Assembly (NCBI RefSeq): GCF_000026545.1
Contig: NC_011601.1
Strand: one strand, 5' to 3'
From: Escherichia coli O127:H6 str. E2348/69
Lineage (GTDB): Bacteria > Pseudomonadota > Gammaproteobacteria > Enterobacterales > Enterobacteriaceae
Length of the DNA stretch: 64,000 nt
The translations under genes were made by a program, and so were the position numbers. This document shows, in pieces, positions 1-10,973 of this stretch; positions within the stretch are counted from its first letter, which is position 1; every line of letters begins with the position of its first letter. The notes under the pieces are model-generated. The model ran no database searches. It saw only the letters and a program-made list of their open reading frames with translations, and was not told the DNA's origin.

Positions 1-33
1 AACCGCATGCCGGAGAAATGCAGGAAGCACGCT

Positions 34-813
34 ATGAACTCGCATAATATTACTAACGAATCATTAGCACTGGCATTAATGCTGGTGGTGGTGGCAATCT
101 TAATTAGCCATAAAGAAAAACTAGCGCTGGAGAAAGATATTCTCTGGAGTGTCGGGCGCGCGATAATCCAGCTGATTATTGTCGGCTATGTGCTGAAGTA
201 TATTTTCAGCGTGGATGATGCCTGTCTGACATTATTGATGGTGTTATTTATCTGCTTTAATGCGGCGTGGAACGCGCAAAAACGCAGTAAATATATTGCT
301 AAAGCTTTTATCTCATCGTTTATTGCCATTACGGTCGGAGCGGGAATTACCCTGGCGGTACTGATCCTCTCTGGGTCGATTGAATTTATCCCGATGCAGG
401 TGATCCCTATCGCCGGGATGATAGCCGGTAACGCCATGGTAGCGGTGGGGGTGTGTTACAACAATTTAGGGCAACGGGTCATTAGCGAACAGCAACAGAT
501 TCAGGAGAAACTGAGTCTTGGCGCGACACCAAAACAGGCTTCAGCGATATTGATTCGCGACAGTATTCGCGCGGCTTTAATTCCGACGGTCGATTCAGCA
601 AAAACGGTTGGCTTAGTGAGTTTACCAGGAATGATGTCCGGGCTGATATTTGCCGGGATTGATCCGGTGAAGGCGATTAAATATCAGATTATGGTGACCT
701 TTATGCTGCTCTCAACTGCCAGCCTGTCTACCATTATTGCCTGCTATTTAACCTATCGTAAATTTTATAATTCGCGCCACCAGTTGGTGGTGACGCAATT
801 GAAGAAGAAATGA
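34..813 (+). CDS. fetB: Iron export ABC transporter permease FetB (YbbM)
   Basis: ORF 7..813; product matches recalled K-12 FetB from the internal Met (MNSHNITNES...), so start placed at 34. Multi-pass hydrophobic protein. Confidence 0.85.
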   Translation: MNSHNITNESLALALMLVVVAILISHKEKLALEKDILWSVGRAIIQLIIVGYVLKYIFSVDDACLTLLMVLFICFNAAWNAQKRSKYIAKAFISSFIAITVGAGITLAVLILSGSIEFIPMQVIPIAGMIAGNAMVAVGVCYNNLGQRVISEQQQIQEKLSLGATPKQASAILIRDSIRAALIPTVDSAKTVGLVSLPGMMSGLIFAGIDPVKAIKYQIMVTFMLLSTASLSTIIACYLTYRKFYNSRHQLVVTQLKKK

Positions 814-819
814 TGCGAT

Positions 820-845
820 GCCGGATGCGCAGCATCGCATCCGGC
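820..845. repeat. REP-like GC-rich hairpin between convergent fetB and cnoX
   Basis: gccggatgcg / cgcatccggc 10-bp inverted repeat read directly in the sequence. Confidence 0.5.
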
Positions 846-875
846 GTTGTGGTTCATGTGCCGATCAACAAAACA

Positions 876-1772
<897 letters not shown>

Positions 1773-1790
1773 TTAAGCGCGCGCTTCAAC

Positions 1791-2600
1791 TCACCCCTGC
1801 AATATTTTGTCCATCACGCGCCCCGGCAGCAGGCGCTTAAGCACCATTACCGCCCAGGTCACCAGCGTCACCGGATAGCGCATCTTCGGCTTCTCGCTAA
1901 TAAAAGCATGGCGCACTTTGTCGACCACCGCTTCCGGTCCCAACGTAAAGCGGGCGGCGATGCCAGGATTTTCGACTGGTTTATCACTTTGCGTCTGATT
2001 GACGTTGTCGGTGAAGCGAGTACGAATGGGACCAGGTTCGATCAGGCTGACTTTAATTCCGCTGTGGCGCAGCTCCATGCGCAGTGCGTCTGACCACGCC
2101 TCCAGCGCATATTTACTGGCCGCGTAAGCGCCACGACCCGGTGTGGAGATTAATCCCATCACCGATGAGGTCATCACAATACGCCCTTCACCGTGCGGCA
2201 ACATCGCGGGTAACAGGCGCATGGTGAGCTGGTGTGCGCCGAAAAAGTTGGCGGAAAACTGCTGTTCCATCTGCGCACGGCTGATGGTGGAAAGGGGGCC
2301 ATACATGCCGAATCCGGCATTGTTATAGATCCCATACAGACAATTATCGGTCAGGGCGATCACTTCGTCGGCTGCGCGATCAACACTTTCTGGTGAATCC
2401 AGATCGATCAACACGCCGGTAAATCCCATGCTGTTCATGCGCTCAACATCATCCGGTTTCCGGCAACCTGCCAGCACATGAAAACCCTGGCGTTTTAATT
2501 CGAGCGCGCTTTCCAGGCCAATACCACTGGAACATCCGGTAATTAAGACCGATTTTTGCATAACTTTACCTGTCAGGATCTCCGTTGCTTTATGAGTCAT
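1791..2600 (-). CDS. ybbO: Short-chain dehydrogenase/reductase YbbO
   Basis: 269-aa ORF with N-terminal Rossmann motif TGCSSGIG and SDR catalytic YxxxK (YAASK). Confidence 0.85.
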   Translation of the reverse strand: MTHKATEILTGKVMQKSVLITGCSSGIGLESALELKRQGFHVLAGCRKPDDVERMNSMGFTGVLIDLDSPESVDRAADEVIALTDNCLYGIYNNAGFGMYGPLSTISRAQMEQQFSANFFGAHQLTMRLLPAMLPHGEGRIVMTSSVMGLISTPGRGAYAASKYALEAWSDALRMELRHSGIKVSLIEPGPIRTRFTDNVNQTQSDKPVENPGIAARFTLGPEAVVDKVRHAFISEKPKMRYPVTLVTWAVMVLKRLLPGRVMDKILQG

Positions 2601-3216
2601 GATTTACTAAAGGCTGCAACTGCTTCGCCATCCAGTCGGCAATAAACGGCTGGGCGTCGCGGTTGGGATGAATACCGTCATCCTGCATCCATTGTGGCTT
2701 GAGGTAGACCTCTTCCATAAAAAAGGGCAGCAGCGGAACATCAAACTCTTTGGCGAGTTTGGGGTAAATGGCGCTAAAGGCTTCATTATAACGGCGACCA
2801 TAGTTTGCAGGCAGACGTATTTGCATTAACAATGGTTCAGCGTTGGCGGCTTTGACATCCTGCAAAATCTGGCGCAGCGTTTGCTCGGTTTGCTGTGGCT
2901 GAAAACCACGCAAACCGTCATTGCCGCCCAGTTCAACCAGCACCCAGCGCGGCTGATGCTGTTTCAGCAGAGCCGGAAGGCGCGCCAGCCCTTGTTGCGA
3001 GGTGTCGCCGCTGATGCTGGCATTGATTACCGACGTTTTACTCTGCCACTTATCATTCAACAAGGCAGGCCAGGCCGCGCTGGCAGACATTCGATACCCG
3101 GCGCTCAGGCTATCACCCAGAATCAATAACGTGTCCGCTGCGGCGGCACGGAAGGTTAACAGGACCAGGAACAGGAAGGGCAAATGCCAGCGGAAAACAT
3201 TGTTGAAGTTCATCAT
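2590..3216 (-). CDS. tesA: Acyl-CoA thioesterase I / lysophospholipase L1 (TesA)
   Basis: ORF 2590..3246; SGNH hydrolase GDSLS motif; start set at internal Met (MMNFNNVFRW) matching recalled TesA. Confidence 0.85.
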   Translation of the reverse strand: MMNFNNVFRWHLPFLFLVLLTFRAAAADTLLILGDSLSAGYRMSASAAWPALLNDKWQSKTSVINASISGDTSQQGLARLPALLKQHQPRWVLVELGGNDGLRGFQPQQTEQTLRQILQDVKAANAEPLLMQIRLPANYGRRYNEAFSAIYPKLAKEFDVPLLPFFMEEVYLKPQWMQDDGIHPNRDAQPFIADWMAKQLQPLVNHDS

Positions 3217-3870
3217 CTTAAGAAGTCCGTCGGTCAGGGGGAGCATGAACTCTCCATCCTCACCGGAGTTGAGCTGGTTGTCAAACGTGGTGAGACCATT
3301 GCACTGGTGGGCGAGTCGGGATCGGGTAAGTCAACCTTGCTGGCGATCCTCGCAGGGCTGGATGACGGCAGCAGTGGCGAAGTGAGTCTGGTGGGACAAC
3401 CGCTACATAATATGGACGAAGAAGCGCGGGCAAAGTTGCGCGCGAAGCACGTAGGCTTTGTTTTTCAGTCATTTATGTTAATTCCTACCCTTAACGCGCT
3501 GGAAAACGTCGAGCTTCCGGCGCTGCTGCGCGGTGAGAGTAGCGCAGAAAGTCGTAACGGGGCGAAAGCGTTGCTCGAACAGTTAGGGCTGGGTAAACGT
3601 CTTGATCATCTTCCGGCACAGCTTTCTGGCGGCGAACAGCAACGAGTGGCGCTGGCGCGAGCCTTTAATGGTCGACCTGATGTGCTGTTTGCCGACGAGC
3701 CCACCGGCAACCTTGACCGCCAGACCGGCGATAAAATTGCCGACCTGCTGTTTTCCCTCAACCGTGAGCATGGCACCACGTTGATTATGGTGACCCACGA
3801 CCTGCAACTGGCGGCACGCTGCGACCGCTGCTTACGGCTGGTGAACGGGCAGTTGCAGGAGGAAGTATGA
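3184..3870 (+). CDS. ybbA: ABC transporter ATP-binding protein YbbA
   Basis: 228-aa ORF with Walker A GESGSGKST, signature LSGGEQQR and Walker B. Confidence 0.9.
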   Translation: MPAENIVEVHHLKKSVGQGEHELSILTGVELVVKRGETIALVGESGSGKSTLLAILAGLDDGSSGEVSLVGQPLHNMDEEARAKLRAKHVGFVFQSFMLIPTLNALENVELPALLRGESSAESRNGAKALLEQLGLGKRLDHLPAQLSGGEQQRVALARAFNGRPDVLFADEPTGNLDRQTGDKIADLLFSLNREHGTTLIMVTHDLQLAARCDRCLRLVNGQLQEEV

Positions 3871-6281
3871 TTGCACGTTGGTTCTGGCGCGAATGGCGTT
3901 CGCCGTCGCTATTAATTGTCTGGCTGGCGCTAAGCCTGGCGGTGGCCTGCGTGCTGGCGCTGGGCAATATCAGCGATCGCATGGAGAAGGGCTTAAGCCA
4001 GCAAAGCCGGGAGTTTATGGCGGGCGATCGGGCGTTGCGCAGTTCGCGCGAAGTGCCGCAAGCATGGCTGGAGGAAGCGCAAAAGCGCGGCCTGAAAGTC
4101 GGCAAGCAGCTGACTTTCGCCACCATGACCTTTGCAGGCGACACGCCGCAACTGGCGAACGTCAAAGCGGTGGATGATATCTACCCGATGTATGGCGAGC
4201 TACAAACCAATCCCCCTGGCCTGAAACCGCAGGCGGGCAGCGTATTGCTGGCCCCACGCCTGATGGCACTGCTTAACCTGAAAACGGGCGACACCATTGA
4301 CGTGGGCGATGCCACCTTGCGGATTGCCGGAGAAGTGATTCAGGAACCGGATTCCGGTTTTAACCCCTTCCAGATGGCTCCGCGTCTGATGATGAATCTG
4401 GCGGATGTCGATAAAACCGGAGCCGTGCAGCCGGGGAGTCGGGTCACCTGGCGCTATAAATTCGGCGGCAGCGAGAACCAGCTCGACGGCTATGAGAAAT
4501 GGTTGTTACCCCAGCTTAAACCTGAACAACGCTGGTACGGTCTGGAACAGGACGAAGGCGCGCTGGGGCGATCGATAGAACGTTCGCAACAGTTCCTGCT
4601 GCTTTCGGCGCTTCTGACCTTGCTGCTGGCGGTGGCGGCGGTTGCGGTGGCGATGAATCATTACTGTCGCAGTCGCTACGACTTGGTGGCGATCCTCAAG
4701 ACGCTGGGGGCAGGGCGAGCGCAACTGCGTAAGTTAATCGTCGGTCAGTGGTTGATGGTGCTGGCGCTTTCAGCCGTTACCGGTGGGGCGATAGGCCTGT
4801 TGTTCGAAAACGTGTTGATGGTGCTGCTCAAGCCCGTGCTACCTGCCGCTTTACCTCCTGCCAGCCTCTGGCCGTGGCTGTGGGCGCTCGGCACCATGAC
4901 GGTTATTTCGCTGCTGGTGGGGCTACGACCATACCGCCTGTTGTTGGCAACGCAGCCTTTACGCGTATTACGTAATGATGTGGTAGCGAACGTCTGGCCG
5001 CTGAAGTTTTATCTGCCGATTGTCACCGTGGTGGTTGTGCTGCTGCTCGCCGGATTAATGGGTGGCAGTATGCTGCTCTGGGCGGTGCTGGCGGGCGCGG
5101 TAGTACTGGCTTTGCTGTGCGGTGTGCTGGGCTGGATGCTGCTGAATGTACTTCGCCGCATGACGCTGAAATCGCTACCTCTGCGCCTGGCGGTTAGCCG
5201 CCTGTTACGTCAGCCGTGGTCAACGTTAAGCCAGCTTTCGGCATTTTCGCTCTCCTTTATGCTGCTGGCACTGTTGCTGGTGTTGCGTGGCGATCTGCTC
5301 GACCGTTGGCAACAACAACTGCCGCCAGAAAGCCCGAACTACTTTTTAATCAACATCGCTACGGAACAGGTTACGCCGCTGAAAGCGTTTCTCGCGGAAC
5401 ATCAAATAGTCCCGGAATCGTTTTATCCGGTGGTGCGGGCGCGGTTGACGGCGATTAACGACAAGCCGACAGAAGGCAATGGAGATGAGGCGCTCAACCG
5501 CGAGCTGAATCTCACCTGGCAAAATACGCGGCCTGATCATAACCCGATCGTCGCCGGTAACTGGCCGCCAAAAGCGGATGAAGTGTCGATGGAAGAGGGG
5601 CTGGCGAAACGCTTAAACGTTGCCCTCGGCGATACCGTGACTTTTATGGGCGATACCCAGGAGTTCCGCGCTAAAGTGACCAGCCTGCGCAAAGTGGACT
5701 GGGAAAGTCTGCGGCCTAATTTCTATTTTATTTTCCCGGAAGGGGCATTAGACGGGCAACCGCAGAGCTGGCTTACCAGTTTCCGCTGGGAGAATGGCAA
5801 CGGCATGTTGACGCAACTCAACCGCCAGTTCCCGACCATTAGCCTGTTAGACATTGGCGCGATTTTAAAACAGGTCGGTCAGGTGCTGGAGCAGGTAAGT
5901 CGGGCGCTGGAAGTGATGGTGGTGCTGGTCACCGCCTGCGGCATGTTGCTGTTGCTGGCGCAGGTGCAGGTGGGAATGCGTCAGCGTCATCAGGAGCTGG
6001 TGGTGTGGCGCACACTTGGTGCGGGGAAAAAACTGCTGCGCACGACATTGTGGTGTGAGTTCGCCATGCTCGGGTTTGTATCCGGCCTGGTGGCCGCAAT
6101 TGGTGCGGAAACGGCACTGGCGGTACTGCAATCGAAAGTGTTTGATTTCCCGTGGGAGCCAGACTGGCGATTGTGGATTGTTCTGCCGTGCAGCGGTGCG
6201 CTACTGCTGTCGCTTTGCGGCGGCTGGCTGGGTGCGCGACTGCTTAAGGGTAAGGCGCTGTTCAGGCAGTTTGCGGGGTGA
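3867..6281 (+). CDS. ybbP: FtsX-like ABC transporter permease YbbP
   Basis: 804-aa ORF with repeated hydrophobic segments; start overlaps ybbA stop (ATGA coupling). Confidence 0.9.
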   Translation: MIARWFWREWRSPSLLIVWLALSLAVACVLALGNISDRMEKGLSQQSREFMAGDRALRSSREVPQAWLEEAQKRGLKVGKQLTFATMTFAGDTPQLANVKAVDDIYPMYGELQTNPPGLKPQAGSVLLAPRLMALLNLKTGDTIDVGDATLRIAGEVIQEPDSGFNPFQMAPRLMMNLADVDKTGAVQPGSRVTWRYKFGGSENQLDGYEKWLLPQLKPEQRWYGLEQDEGALGRSIERSQQFLLLSALLTLLLAVAAVAVAMNHYCRSRYDLVAILKTLGAGRAQLRKLIVGQWLMVLALSAVTGGAIGLLFENVLMVLLKPVLPAALPPASLWPWLWALGTMTVISLLVGLRPYRLLLATQPLRVLRNDVVANVWPLKFYLPIVTVVVVLLLAGLMGGSMLLWAVLAGAVVLALLCGVLGWMLLNVLRRMTLKSLPLRLAVSRLLRQPWSTLSQLSAFSLSFMLLALLLVLRGDLLDRWQQQLPPESPNYFLINIATEQVTPLKAFLAEHQIVPESFYPVVRARLTAINDKPTEGNGDEALNRELNLTWQNTRPDHNPIVAGNWPPKADEVSMEEGLAKRLNVALGDTVTFMGDTQEFRAKVTSLRKVDWESLRPNFYFIFPEGALDGQPQSWLTSFRWENGNGMLTQLNRQFPTISLLDIGAILKQVGQVLEQVSRALEVMVVLVTACGMLLLLAQVQVGMRQRHQELVVWRTLGAGKKLLRTTLWCEFAMLGFVSGLVAAIGAETALAVLQSKVFDFPWEPDWRLWIVLPCSGALLLSLCGGWLGARLLKGKALFRQFAG

Positions 6282-6297
6282 TGACAGGTGTTAGATT

Positions 6298-6397
<100 letters not shown>

Positions 6398-6426
6398 GAA
6401 CAGTGTGCATTTTGGCAATAAATATG

Positions 6427-6453
6427 AAACCAACTGTCATGTCGGTTTTTTTA
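6427..6453. terminator. Hairpin plus T7 run; imperfect copy of the mnmH terminator
   Basis: aaaccaactgtcatgtcggttttttta; 26/27 identical to 8006..8032; stem has one mismatch. Confidence 0.45.
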
Positions 6454-6455
6454 AA

Positions 6456-6480
6456 GGCCGAAGGTGGTAAACCTTCGGCC
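6456..6480. terminator. Perfect 9-bp stem hairpin immediately 3' of the DinQ-like ORF
   Basis: ggccgaagg-tggtaaa-ccttcggcc. Only a short U run follows on the minus strand, so terminator function is uncertain. Confidence 0.4.
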
Positions 6481-6498
6481 TTAGCTACGTTTCCTCAG

Positions 6499-6582
6499 TT
6501 ATTCAATAAATTGACGGATCAGTTCTAGCAGCGCGATTAGCGCCTTAAGAACGATGAGAACTTTATCGAGAAAAGTTTTCAT
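6499..6582 (-). CDS. Putative type I toxin peptide, DinQ-like (27 aa: MKTFLDKVLIVLKALIALLELIRQFIE)
   Basis: Reverse-complement translation of 6499..6582 by hand. Below the 60-aa cutoff of the ORF track. AGGGAG Shine-Dalgarno about 6 nt upstream of ATG. Shares the core DK.IIVL.ALIALLELIR with DinQ as I recall it. Confidence 0.55.
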   Translation of the reverse strand: MKTFLDKVLIVLKALIALLELIRQFIE

Positions 6583-6588
6583 CCGTTG

Positions 6589-6602
6589 CTCCCTTAAGGG
6601 AG
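6589..6602 (-). promoter_or_regulatory. Perfect 14-bp palindrome overlapping the Shine-Dalgarno of the DinQ-like ORF
   Basis: ctcccttaagggag; could sequester the SD in an mRNA hairpin, as is usual for type I toxin mRNAs. Confidence 0.4.
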
Positions 6603-6655
6603 AAAGACAATCACAGCTTACCCTTACGTTGCCTGTAACTATGATTTTCTTCATG

Positions 6656-7957
6656 TGCTAGATGAGGACTGCCTCTCTCCAAATTAGAGCACCAGAATCA
6701 GCACCACCTGTATCCTGACCAGGACTTAAAAGTACTTTTCCGCACTGCGGTAATCCCTTGAGGCAGTATCACTACTAGCGTCGGGATTGTATCGCCAACA
6801 TAGCTGTTGTGTAAGTTCACAGAGATATTGCAATTGCCTCCGGATAAGTAAGGGGAGATTGCACTATGCAAATGCAGCATCTGATGGTTGGCTATCCTAA
6901 GTACTACCAAACGGCCGATTATGCGTTGAGGCTTTCAGTGATGGCTGATATAGCAACAATGAGAATGAAGGCTCTGCACTTCTGGGATAAACACGGTATT
7001 TCTGCAGCTTCTGAAGCCTTTGGCGTGTCCTGCCGCACGCTTTACTGGTGGCGTCAGTTACTGAACAAGGAAGGACCTGAGGGGCTAATCCCGCACAGTA
7101 AGGCACCTCTGGTGCGACGAAAAAAACACTGGCATCCCGATGTGCTGAAAGAGATTCGACGCCTCAGGACAGAGCTGCCGAACCTCGGTAAAGAGCAGAT
7201 TTTTGTTCGCCTGAAGCCCTGGTGCGAACAGCGCTATCTGGCCTGTCCGAGTGTTTCCACCATCGGCAGAATGATCGCTGCCGCACATGATAAAATGCGG
7301 ATGATACCTGTGCGTCTGGGATCGCGGGGGAAGGCACTGCTTGTCAAAAAGCGGTCTGCCAAACCCCGCAGGCCAAAGCACTACCGCCCGGTAAAGACAG
7401 GTGAGCTCATTGGGATGGACGCCATTGAGCTCAGAATGGGCGAACTGCGTCGCTATGTCATCACCATGATCGACGAATGCAGCAATTACGCGCTGGCGCT
7501 GGCTGTGCCGTCACTCAACAGTGATATCGTCAATCACTTCTTCAGCCGCGCAGCCCGGTTGTTCCCGGTCGGTATCAGCCAGATAATCACAGATAACGGA
7601 AAAGAGTTCCTGGGAAACTTCGACAAAACGCTGCAGGAAGCCGCTATCAAACACCTCTGGACCTATCCCTACACGCCAAAAATGAACGCTATCTGTGAAC
7701 GTTTTAACCGGACGTTAAGAGAGCAGTTTATTGAATTTAATGAGATTTTACTCTTTGAAGATCTGGCGCTATTTAACCAGAAGCTGGCGGAATATCTGGT
7801 GCTGTATAACAGCAAAAGACCCCACAAGGCGCTCGCACTAATGACGCCCGTGGAATATATTTTAAAAGAGAATAAAAATTGCAATATGTGGTGGACCCAT
7901 ACAGCTGTTTGAATATGTAGGCATCCTGACTTATAATTCACTTGCTAGATGAGGACT
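6656..7957 (+). mobile_element. Putative IS481-like element; ends not resolved
   Basis: Transposase ORF flanked by 16-bp direct repeats tgctagatgaggactg at 6656..6671 and 7942..7957. No terminal inverted repeats found by eye. Confidence 0.35.
6866..7912 (+). CDS. IS481-family-like DDE transposase (HTH plus integrase core domain)
   Basis: 348-aa ORF; N-terminal HTH (ISAASEAFGVSCRTLYWWRQ); catalytic signatures IGMDAIEL, ITDNGKEF and CERFNRTL (DD(35)E). Possibly the intact form of the K-12 ylbG pseudogene (recollection, not certain). Confidence 0.75.
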   Translation: MQMQHLMVGYPKYYQTADYALRLSVMADIATMRMKALHFWDKHGISAASEAFGVSCRTLYWWRQLLNKEGPEGLIPHSKAPLVRRKKHWHPDVLKEIRRLRTELPNLGKEQIFVRLKPWCEQRYLACPSVSTIGRMIAAAHDKMRMIPVRLGSRGKALLVKKRSAKPRRPKHYRPVKTGELIGMDAIELRMGELRRYVITMIDECSNYALALAVPSLNSDIVNHFFSRAARLFPVGISQIITDNGKEFLGNFDKTLQEAAIKHLWTYPYTPKMNAICERFNRTLREQFIEFNEILLFEDLALFNQKLAEYLVLYNSKRPHKALALMTPVEYILKENKNCNMWWTHTAV

Positions 7958-8005
7958 GTTTCATTTCTGCCCGGAACCACCAAGTCTTGGGCGGAAAAAA
8001 TAAAA

Positions 8006-8032
8006 AAACCGACTGTCATGTCGGTTTTTTTA
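8006..8032. terminator. Bidirectional rho-independent terminator 3' of mnmH
   Basis: A-run, accgac-tgtcat-gtcggt hairpin, T7 run. Confidence 0.6.
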
Positions 8033-8094
8033 TATCTGTATTCTGGTGCAACCATTCTGTTCTCACGACAATCGCCGTTTCAGAATACCGCCCA

Positions 8095-9204
<1,110 letters not shown>

Positions 9205-9257
9205 TCAAATCAGCTTGCGCGCTATTTTACGCGCCAACGCGCAAGGAAACTTGATTT

Positions 9258-10184
9258 TTAACTGCGTGGGTTGCCGAAAATTTCTAAAAATCCGCTGATT
9301 TCTGGCCTGCGCTGGGTAAACAAGGTCACAATATCTTCTACCGCTTTGCCGCTGCCAAATTTGCGCCATGCCAGACTCAATGGCGAAGGAGGGCGCATCG
9401 TTGGGATTACCCGGCTGACCAGTTGTTGATTATCGAGCATTGACTGGCAAAGTGATTTTGGCAAAAAACCAATGCCAACGCCCGCCAGATGGGCGGCGAT
9501 TTTCGTTTCCATATCGGGAACAATAATCTCTTTTTGCCCCGGCAATCGCCAGGCGACGCGTTTGGTTAAGGTGCGGGCGCTGTCTTCAATATTGACCGCC
9601 GGAAAGCGCCGCAACTGTGCTTCTGTTAGCGGCTCTTCAACGTTCGCCAGCGGATGATCCGCCGCCATGACAAAGCGCCATTGCACCGATCCTAAGGGAT
9701 CAAGACTAAAGGTATTTGCCAGCGCCTCGGTTCCCGTGACGCCGATAGCCAGTGAAAAACCTTCGTACAATAGCGAGTCCCAGACGCCCATATAGATTTG
9801 TCGGGAGATGTGAAATTGGGTAAACGGGTAACGTTCATTTAGCCACGCCAGCAGCCTGGCAACGGCCTGGGGGTTGTAGAGCAGGTTGTTGATGACAATA
9901 TTCACCTGGCGTTCCACGCCATCATTCACCTGTTGCAGCTCGCTGGGCATACTTTCCAGCCAGCTCAGCCAGTCTCTGGCCTGACAAAGTAGATGCTCGC
10001 CAGCCGCTGTCAACGTCACGCTGCGAGTCGTGCGGAAAAAGAGCGCCACTCCGGTATTCTCTTCCAGAAGTTTAATGCGATAACTAATCGTCGCCGTGGT
10101 TTTACATAATCGTTCTGCCGCTTTTGAAAAACTTCCTGTTTCAGCAACCGCAATGAAAGTCCGCAAGGTTTCTGGATCGAACAT
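9258..10184 (-). CDS. allS: LysR-family activator of the allantoin regulon AllS
   Basis: 308-aa ORF with N-terminal LysR HTH; divergent from allA. Confidence 0.9.
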   Translation of the reverse strand: MFDPETLRTFIAVAETGSFSKAAERLCKTTATISYRIKLLEENTGVALFFRTTRSVTLTAAGEHLLCQARDWLSWLESMPSELQQVNDGVERQVNIVINNLLYNPQAVARLLAWLNERYPFTQFHISRQIYMGVWDSLLYEGFSLAIGVTGTEALANTFSLDPLGSVQWRFVMAADHPLANVEEPLTEAQLRRFPAVNIEDSARTLTKRVAWRLPGQKEIIVPDMETKIAAHLAGVGIGFLPKSLCQSMLDNQQLVSRVIPTMRPPSPLSLAWRKFGSGKAVEDIVTLFTQRRPEISGFLEIFGNPRS

Positions 10185-10291
10185 CTTCAGGTATCCCCTT
10201 TTAAATCCGCAAGTTGCGTGATTTTCTTATCCTCTGATTTATCAGTATTTTTACATGATAACCCTGTTCAATTTGTGGACTAAATCTAGTT

Positions 10292-10308
10292 TTGGAAAAA
10301 TATTCCAA
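10292..10308. promoter_or_regulatory. Candidate AllR operator in the allS-allA intergenic region
   Basis: Palindrome TTGGAAAAATATTCCAA; near-identical palindrome upstream of gcl. Confidence 0.6.
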
Positions 10309-10413
10309 CTTTTGTGTTGATGTTGTTCTCTTAAGGTTTTAGATTGCCTGTTATTGAAACCAAGCTGACCGGTCGGTGGTGGTTGAACGGAATTATGTTA
10401 CAAGGACAAAAAG

Positions 10414-10896
10414 ATGAAACTTCAGGTATTACCGTTAAGTCAGGAAGCCTTTAGTGCTTATGGCGACGTAATCGAAACGCAGAAACGGGATTTTTTCCAT
10501 ATTAACAATGGACTGGTGGAGCGTTACCACGATTTGGCGCTGGTTGAGATTCTTGAGCAAGACCGTACGCTTATCAGCATTAACCGCGCGCAACCGGCGA
10601 ATCTGCCGCTGACCATTCACGAACTCGAACGTCATCCGCTGGGCACTCAGGCCTTTATCCCGATGAAAGGTGAAGTGTTTGTGGTAGTCGTGGCGTTAGG
10701 TGACGACAAACCAGACCTGTCAACCCTGCGGGCGTTTATTACCAATGGCGAACAGGGAGTGAATTACCATCGTAACGTCTGGCATCACCCACTTTTCGCC
10801 TGGCAGCGCGTCACCGATTTTCTGACCATCGATCGCGGCGGCAGTGACAACTGTGATGTTGAAAGTATTCCTGAACAGGAACTCTGTTTTGCGTGA
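10414..10896 (+). CDS. allA: Ureidoglycolate lyase AllA
   Basis: 160-aa ORF at the position and size of K-12 allA. Confidence 0.9.
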   Translation: MKLQVLPLSQEAFSAYGDVIETQKRDFFHINNGLVERYHDLALVEILEQDRTLISINRAQPANLPLTIHELERHPLGTQAFIPMKGEVFVVVVALGDDKPDLSTLRAFITNGEQGVNYHRNVWHHPLFAWQRVTDFLTIDRGGSDNCDVESIPEQELCFA

Positions 10897-10973
10897 CGCC
10901 TGCAACCGACTTGCATAAGATAAACGAATTGTTCATTGTTTATGCTCATTTGTAGGTCGGAGTTAACGTAGGT

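Noticed and set aside
6583..6865. LexA box upstream of the DinQ-like ORF
   Set aside because: Only CTGT-N8-CAGG and CTGT-N11-ACAG near-matches were seen; no canonical CTGT-N8-ACAG, so SOS control is not supported by sequence.
6600..7990. Terminal inverted repeats for the IS481-like element
   Set aside because: Comparing the left flank with the reverse complement of the right flank by eye gave no convincing match beyond a shared TGTAT; only direct repeats were found.
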